In this document: one piece after another, positions 7,474 to 13,082 of the stretch
Position numbering within the stretch: the stretch's first letter is position 1
Layout: each line of letters opens with the position of its first letter
Origin: an uncultured Candidatus Poseidoniales archaeon
GTDB taxonomy: Archaea > Thermoplasmatota > Poseidoniia > Poseidoniales > Thalassarchaeaceae
Reading direction: 5' to 3'
Length of the DNA: 14,756 nt
Assembly: GCA_964645485.1 (NCBI GenBank)
Contig: CAZXZO010000015.1
Span: forward strand, 29,210 to 43,965
The notes under the pieces: model-generated
The model's database searches: none
What the model was told of the DNA's origin: nothing
Seen by the model: the letters and a program-made list of their open reading frames with translations, nothing else
Made by a program: the position numbers and the translations under genes

Positions 7474-8220
7474 ATGCCCGAGGGGAACAAGCCGACTTTT
7501 GCCTTTTTACTTCTAAAGGAGCATCCATATGGTCGTGAAATGCTCTACCAAATCCTTTCGGAAGGATTTGTTCCAACAATAGTCATCAGTGAAGATTCTG
7601 ATATCGCTGATGAAGAAAGAGAGAAATTCCTTGACCGAATTTCTGGTAACCCAATTGCCCCAACAATTGAGTCTCAACTAAGTGAATTACAATCTGATGG
7701 CATTGAAGTCCCCCATATCTGCGTTCCAATTCACAATTCTGAAAATGTTATGCCTCACATTTCTGATATGGATTTAGATCTAATTGTCTTTGGAGGAACT
7801 AGAATTATCCGTGGAGAAATCCTCGAACATCCCTGTGATGGGGTAATCAATTCACACCCTGGTCTCTTGCCTCACTGTCGTGGCTCTGCAAGCCCTGCAT
7901 GGTCGGTTTATCATGACATACCGATTGGCTCTTCAACTCACTTCTGTGATAATGGGATAGACACTGGAGAACTGCTACTAACCCGTGAATTACCGGTGGT
8001 CAAAGGGATGACTTACGAAGACCTGTGCTACCATACATTGGTGCTCGCAGGGGTTTTAATGAAAGAGGCTTTATTGGCTTATGAGGCTGGAAAATGGAGT
8101 GAAATTCGTCACCCGCAAGGTGAAAGCGAGCACCCTACCTTCCGTAACGCGCCAGAAGAGGTGTTGCAGGTGGTTCGTCAAAAATTGGCAGACTTAACAT
8201 ACGCCCACTATGTAGACTAA
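7474..8220 (+). CDS. Formyltransferase-family protein (Formyl_trans_N; Fmt-like, no C-terminal tRNA-binding domain)
   Basis: INSHPGLLPHCRGSASPAWSV...GSSTHFCDNGIDTG retains the Asn-x-His...Asp catalytic set (7849-7857, 7960-7962) and the Fmt-like 'LP.yRG..P..W' motif; only about 248 aa. Alternative TTG start at 7465. Confidence 0.85.
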   Translation: MPEGNKPTFAFLLLKEHPYGREMLYQILSEGFVPTIVISEDSDIADEEREKFLDRISGNPIAPTIESQLSELQSDGIEVPHICVPIHNSENVMPHISDMDLDLIVFGGTRIIRGEILEHPCDGVINSHPGLLPHCRGSASPAWSVYHDIPIGSSTHFCDNGIDTGELLLTRELPVVKGMTYEDLCYHTLVLAGVLMKEALLAYEAGKWSEIRHPQGESEHPTFRNAPEEVLQVVRQKLADLTYAHYVD

Positions 8221-8233
8221 AGGAGATGAAAAA

Positions 8234-9040
8234 ATGGAGAATATATCACCACTTGCGAATGATGCATTAGAAGGACGCCATGCAATTGTTTGTGGAGCAT
8301 CGGCTGGAATCGGCCGCTCAACAGCCATGACATTAGCCGCGGCCGGAGCCGAATTAACACTGGTTTCTCGGTCGGCAGACAAGTTGACTTCTCTTGCAAA
8401 TGAATGCCATAATGCTGGCTCCCCCAGAGTCCATGTGTTGCCGATAGATTTGGAAGATGGGCGGGCGATTGATGCTTTGATTCCAGCCCATCTGAAAAAA
8501 TTTGGAACTGCTCACATTCTCATCAATAATGCCGCCGGACCTCCGTCCGGCCCACTCTTGAATGCATCAGATGATGATTTTCTCAAACCGCTCAAGCGCC
8601 ACCTATTCGCTGCTCAGCGAATGGTCAAACATTGTTTACCTGGCATGGAGGAGAAACAACATGGCAGAATTGTGAACATCATCTCAACCTCAGTTCGTGA
8701 GCCTATTGCCAATCTTGGGGTTTCCAATACCGTGAGAGGAGCAATGGCGGGCTGGTCAAAAACACTAGCCACCGAACTTCCTTCTTGTGTTAGCATCAAC
8801 AATATCTTACCGGGCTTCACAAATACCGGTAGACTTGATTCACTCGCCCAACAAATCTCTGAGACAAAAGGGATTACTCCGGACGATGTTCGCTCTACAT
8901 GGCTTTCAGGAGTGCCCGCCGACCGCTTGATTGAGCCTGAAGAAACCGCGGCGGCGATTGCATTCCTTTGTTCTGATGCGGGTGGTGCAATCCGCGGTGT
9001 TTCACTCGCTGTTGATGGCGGCAGAATGCGCTCAATTTAA
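8234..9040 (+). CDS. SDR-family oxidoreductase, atypical FabG-like subgroup with SxxxR in place of YxxxK
   Basis: Rossmann motif CGASAGIG, NNAAG, GRIVNIISTSV, LGVSNTVR, NNILPG.T, VDGG. SD GGAG upstream, 13 nt after the previous stop. Confidence 0.9.
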   Translation: MENISPLANDALEGRHAIVCGASAGIGRSTAMTLAAAGAELTLVSRSADKLTSLANECHNAGSPRVHVLPIDLEDGRAIDALIPAHLKKFGTAHILINNAAGPPSGPLLNASDDDFLKPLKRHLFAAQRMVKHCLPGMEEKQHGRIVNIISTSVREPIANLGVSNTVRGAMAGWSKTLATELPSCVSINNILPGFTNTGRLDSLAQQISETKGITPDDVRSTWLSGVPADRLIEPEETAAAIAFLCSDAGGAIRGVSLAVDGGRMRSI

Positions 9041-9049
9041 GGTGAAAAT

Positions 9050-10288
9050 ATGCAGTTTGATGTTTTCTTTTCGATATCGCAGACGCCAGACTCTACTGGT
9101 TACTGCCCCGATGAGCAAACAATGTATTCCAACTACATTGAACAGTTGAAACTCGCAGATAATCTAGGATATGGAGTTGCTTGGATTGCTCAGGCCCACC
9201 TCTCCACCGAAGTTCAGAAACGTAACCGTAATCCAGTAATTCCTCATTGGGAAGGAGAGGTTGGTTTGTGTACTGATTTTTTCCAATTAGCAGCGCTTTC
9301 ATTTGCTGAAACTGAACACATTGAAGTGGGCTCGGCCGTACTTTCAATTCTAGCTAATGGTGGCCCAATCGCAGTTGCTGAAAGAGTAGGGAATTTTTGT
9401 GCGCTACAAGAATTAAGAGGTGACTCAAGGAAATTACACATCGGATATTCTGCTGGAAGATTCCAATTTATGGCCTCGCCTTACGGTGTAATCCCGCGTG
9501 ATGCAGTCGAGGAAAAAGCATGGCCTGCTTTACGCGGTCAAATCTTTTGGGAAGCCAGCGAAATATTCCTACGCTTGCTAAACGGTGAAGCATTCTCATC
9601 AGATTCGGTACGAAAAACAACTCTTACAATAGACAACTTCCGTAGTGATGAAGATTGGCAAGCAGTACAAGAAGCGGCAATTGATGTCAGAGGTTTGGCT
9701 GAGCCGCCTCAAGAAATTGAAATTCCTCGGCACTATCAATTTGAGGAAATAAAAAGTATCCCACAGGATTGGAATCGAGACCTTCTCTCACTAACGCTTG
9801 GAAGTCACGAACCGGCTTTACAAATTGAGGCTAACAAGTATCGCCCAGTACAGGTTTTCAATCTGTCAATTACTGCTCCTGAACTCATAGAAGCAACTCA
9901 TGAAAGAATGACTGAATCCTACCACCAAAGTGGAGGAGAATGGCAGCGAAATATGATGCCAAGAACTGTCATGGTATTCTTGAATAATGAAGAAGGGCTC
10001 ACTCGTGAAGAGCAATCAGCCGCAGCAAACAAAGAGGCAAAAGCCACACTAGATTCATACTGGAATGCGCTTGAAGGGACTATTGACCCTGCAAAAGTTT
10101 CCAAAGCGGCAAATAACGCTGTTATCGGAAACGCCAAGGAAGTTGCCGCCCAAATTGTTGAAAGATTCCACCCTGACGACCGACTAATGCTATGGTTCGA
10201 CTTCTTCCGCCATGACTCCTCTCGCGTTCAGCGTGATATGGCTGCATTCATCAATGAAGTCGCACCCTTAGTAAATGGAGATGAGTGA
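9050..10288 (+). CDS. Luciferase-like (LLM class) flavin-dependent oxidoreductase/monooxygenase
   Basis: MQFDVFF start, EQLKLADNLGYGVAWIAQAH, TEHIEVGSAV, AERV..F..L, G RLHIG-like segment (KLHIGYSAG), and C-terminal VIGNAKEVAAQI...DRLMLWF match the LLM TIM-barrel pattern. Archaeal SD GGTGA at 9041-9045. Confidence 0.85.
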   Translation: MQFDVFFSISQTPDSTGYCPDEQTMYSNYIEQLKLADNLGYGVAWIAQAHLSTEVQKRNRNPVIPHWEGEVGLCTDFFQLAALSFAETEHIEVGSAVLSILANGGPIAVAERVGNFCALQELRGDSRKLHIGYSAGRFQFMASPYGVIPRDAVEEKAWPALRGQIFWEASEIFLRLLNGEAFSSDSVRKTTLTIDNFRSDEDWQAVQEAAIDVRGLAEPPQEIEIPRHYQFEEIKSIPQDWNRDLLSLTLGSHEPALQIEANKYRPVQVFNLSITAPELIEATHERMTESYHQSGGEWQRNMMPRTVMVFLNNEEGLTREEQSAAANKEAKATLDSYWNALEGTIDPAKVSKAANNAVIGNAKEVAAQIVERFHPDDRLMLWFDFFRHDSSRVQRDMAAFINEVAPLVNGDE

Positions 10289-11456
10289 CTTGACCGAACA
10301 CAACCCATCATCTGTTTCTCCTGGCAGGCCCGGTTCTGGTGTTTATCCAACTAATCCTCTTGGTGAAATTCACGACGGTATACCAACGGGACGTGATGTG
10401 GAGTGGGAGCCACTAGTTGATTTCCGACGCAACGATGTTTCTGAAAATACAATACACGGGGCTGTTGCTTGGGCTCATGGAAACGAAGTAATCCACTCTT
10501 TTGGAGGCAATGTTCTTTGTTACGGACGCTCAATGATGAAACCCCTGATGATGAAAACATTCGTTGATGTGCTAGATGGTGAACTCACTAGCAAGCAAAA
10601 AGCAATCTCCTGTTCATCTCATAACGGTGATACCGAGCACGTTGCTGCTGCACAATCGATTCTCAATGAATCAGAATGGGGATTGATGCAGTGTCCATTA
10701 GATGTGCCTTTGATTCAATTCGGACGTCAAGTCCGTCGTCCACGGCGCTGGTTCCATACTTGTTCGGGCGAACACGCTGCTATCCTCAAAGCACTTCGCT
10801 TGAAAGGAATTAATCGGGCTGGTTACACTCTACCACAATCTGAATGGTTTCCTCTTTTCATTGATGTTCTGAGAGATTTACTTGGGCAACCGGATTGGAA
10901 TCCTCTGCGAGTGGCAAAAGATGGATGCGGATTACCAACGGTTTCCAATACTGTCAACGAATTATCGGTAATGTTTGCTGGCTTAGCGGCCACAAAAGAT
11001 GACGATTGGATATGGGAATCAATGTGTAACCATCCAGACCTTGTGGGCGGGTTCAATCGCCTTGACTCAACGATTCTAAAATGTGGGGAAGGGAAAGTAC
11101 TGGCAAAGGAAGGGGCTGACGGACTGTTAGGTCTTTCAGTGATCCATCCAGATTATCCCAAAGGCTTGGGAATTACAATAAAAATCGCGCACGGTTGGAA
11201 CGCACAAGCAACTTGGTATGTTGCCCGGGCTGTTCTTGGTGTACTAGGAATTGAGTTGAGAAACCCATATCCTTTACATCGGCAAAAAGCGTTTATCGTA
11301 CCCGGTGTTGTACCTCCAAACCTGCTCAAAAACCTCGAAACAGTGGTTACGTGGGATGAGTGGGACCCGAACAGTGACCGATGGTTCTACGACTGGCGAC
11401 AATACTCTGCAGGGTCAAATCATGAAGGGCAGACAGAGGAACAGAATCCAAACTGA
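10281..11456 (+). CDS. Class 3 (Rhizobium etli AnsA / asparaginase II-type) amidohydrolase homologue
   Basis: Ordered motifs RSMMKP (RSxxKP), SSHNG (SHxG), TCSGEH (NCSGKH), DGCGLP and AKEGADG. ATG 10281 overlaps the LLM stop as ATGAGTGA; ATG 10275 is an in-frame alternative. Confidence 0.85.
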   Translation: MSDLTEHNPSSVSPGRPGSGVYPTNPLGEIHDGIPTGRDVEWEPLVDFRRNDVSENTIHGAVAWAHGNEVIHSFGGNVLCYGRSMMKPLMMKTFVDVLDGELTSKQKAISCSSHNGDTEHVAAAQSILNESEWGLMQCPLDVPLIQFGRQVRRPRRWFHTCSGEHAAILKALRLKGINRAGYTLPQSEWFPLFIDVLRDLLGQPDWNPLRVAKDGCGLPTVSNTVNELSVMFAGLAATKDDDWIWESMCNHPDLVGGFNRLDSTILKCGEGKVLAKEGADGLLGLSVIHPDYPKGLGITIKIAHGWNAQATWYVARAVLGVLGIELRNPYPLHRQKAFIVPGVVPPNLLKNLETVVTWDEWDPNSDRWFYDWRQYSAGSNHEGQTEEQNPN

Positions 11457-11465
11457 GGTTGAACA

Positions 11466-12974
11466 ATGGATGAAGAGTGCTGTGATTCTGGATGCAAACC
11501 CTGTGTTTTGGACCCGGAAGATGGTGATATCCCTGACTTACTGAACTACATCTCAGGTGAGTTTCTCCCGGCTCAGTGTGAAGAATGGCTGAATGACCTC
11601 TCTCCAGCGACAGGTATGAGAATTGCTAGAGTCCCAAAATCAAATGCTGATGATATTAATTCGGCTGTAACCTCTGCCCGTGATGCCTTACCTGAATGGT
11701 CATCTCTAAGCCACGCTCAAAGAGCAGATTGGCTGGACAAAATTGCTGATGCCTTGGAAGAGAGATGTGAAGAAGTAGCACAACTTGAATCACTTGACAC
11801 TGGAAAACCAATTTCTTTGGCACGCAATGTTGACGCCACTCGTTCAGTTGCCAACTTCCGTTTCTTTGCTGACGAAGTGAGAAATTTCACTGCTGAAACT
11901 TTTGATATGGAAAATGCCACCAACCATGTTGTCTACAAGCCGGTTGGTGTTGCAGGTTTGATTACTCCTTGGAATCTCCCGCTCTATCTGTTGAGTTGGA
12001 AGGTTGCGCCAGCATTAGCAATGGGTAATACAGTTGTAGCCAAGCCATCTGAAATGACACCAATGACAGCAAGTTTGCTAGCCGAAATCATTGATGATGT
12101 CGGACTTCCCAAAGGTGTCTTTAATCTCGTTCATGGACATGGTGAAGAAACCGGAGCAGCCCTTACTAGCCACTCAGGTGTTGACCTCATATCCTTCACA
12201 GGTGGGACTGCTACGGGAGCCAAAGTCGCAACTGCAGCAGCATCTACTTTCAAGAAATTAAGTCTTGAATTAGGTGGCAAAAATGCCACAATTGTATGTG
12301 CTGATGCTGATATGGAAAAAACCGTTGCAGGAGTCGTAAGAGCCGGATTTCTAAATCAAGGACAGGTCTGCCTTTGTGGCTCAAGAATCCTAATTGAAGA
12401 GAGCATTTACGATGAATTTGTCAGCCAATTCCTCACTGCTGTAGAAGCGATGAAAATTGGCGACCCAGCAGACCCCGAAACAGACCTTGGCGCTCTCATT
12501 TCGGCAGACCATCTCAACAAAGTCAGTGGTTACATTTCCCTAGCCCAAGAAGAAGGCGGTGTCATCCTCTCGGGGGGAACAACACCTGCAGGAATCCCAG
12601 GCCAATTTGAGAATGGCAACTGGCTCTCTCCAACCGTAATAGATGGCCTATCACCAAACAGTAGATGTGCTACTGAGGAAATTTTCGGGCCGGTCGTAAG
12701 CCTACACGCGTTCAGTAATGAAAATGAAGCCATTGAAATCGCAAACTCAACCCAATATGGCCTAGCAGGTAGTGTGTGGACTTCTGATCTAGAAAAAGGT
12801 AGGAGAATCGCTGAGAAAATAGATACCGGAATGGTTTGGGTGAACACCTGGCTTCACCGTGACTTGCGCACCCCATTTGGAGGGGTTAAACACTCAGGTG
12901 TTGGTAGAGAAGGAGGGCGTTGGAGCCTGTCTTTTTACTCACATGCAGTTAACATTTGTTTACACCATGACTGA
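11466..12974 (+). CDS. Aldehyde dehydrogenase, ALDH8 / 2-aminomuconate (2-hydroxymuconate) 6-semialdehyde dehydrogenase-like, with a Cys-rich N-terminal extension
   Basis: ITPWNLPLYLLSWKVAPALAMGN, KPSE, FTGGT, LELGGKN, NQGQVCLCGSR (catalytic Cys), EEIFGPV, and subfamily-typical VWVNTWLHRDLRTPFGGVKHSGVGREGG. SD-like GAGG/GGTTGA upstream. Confidence 0.9.
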   Translation: MDEECCDSGCKPCVLDPEDGDIPDLLNYISGEFLPAQCEEWLNDLSPATGMRIARVPKSNADDINSAVTSARDALPEWSSLSHAQRADWLDKIADALEERCEEVAQLESLDTGKPISLARNVDATRSVANFRFFADEVRNFTAETFDMENATNHVVYKPVGVAGLITPWNLPLYLLSWKVAPALAMGNTVVAKPSEMTPMTASLLAEIIDDVGLPKGVFNLVHGHGEETGAALTSHSGVDLISFTGGTATGAKVATAAASTFKKLSLELGGKNATIVCADADMEKTVAGVVRAGFLNQGQVCLCGSRILIEESIYDEFVSQFLTAVEAMKIGDPADPETDLGALISADHLNKVSGYISLAQEEGGVILSGGTTPAGIPGQFENGNWLSPTVIDGLSPNSRCATEEIFGPVVSLHAFSNENEAIEIANSTQYGLAGSVWTSDLEKGRRIAEKIDTGMVWVNTWLHRDLRTPFGGVKHSGVGREGGRWSLSFYSHAVNICLHHD

Positions 12975-13048
12975 AATAAAGACTTCAAACAACCACACCG
13001 TATATCCTGAATGCATCTATAATCTAACTTCACAACATCATTCAGGAC

Positions 13049-13069
13049 ACAGGCTCTATAAGAGCCTGT
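13049..13069. promoter_or_regulatory. Perfect 9-bp inverted repeat centred on a TATA box upstream of the permease (candidate operator)
   Basis: ACAGGCTCT-ATA-AGAGCCTGT; contains TATAAG (13057-13062), 21-26 nt before ATG 13083. Confidence 0.55.
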
Positions 13070-13082
13070 CAGAGGCCGAGCC

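Noticed and set aside
9050-10288. Luciferase-like gene next to aldehyde-handling enzymes as a bioluminescence (lux-type) system
   Set aside because: Only one LLM gene, no luxB partner or luxCDE-like reductase/synthetase/transferase, and the catalytic His motif is altered. LLM proteins are mostly ordinary oxidoreductases.
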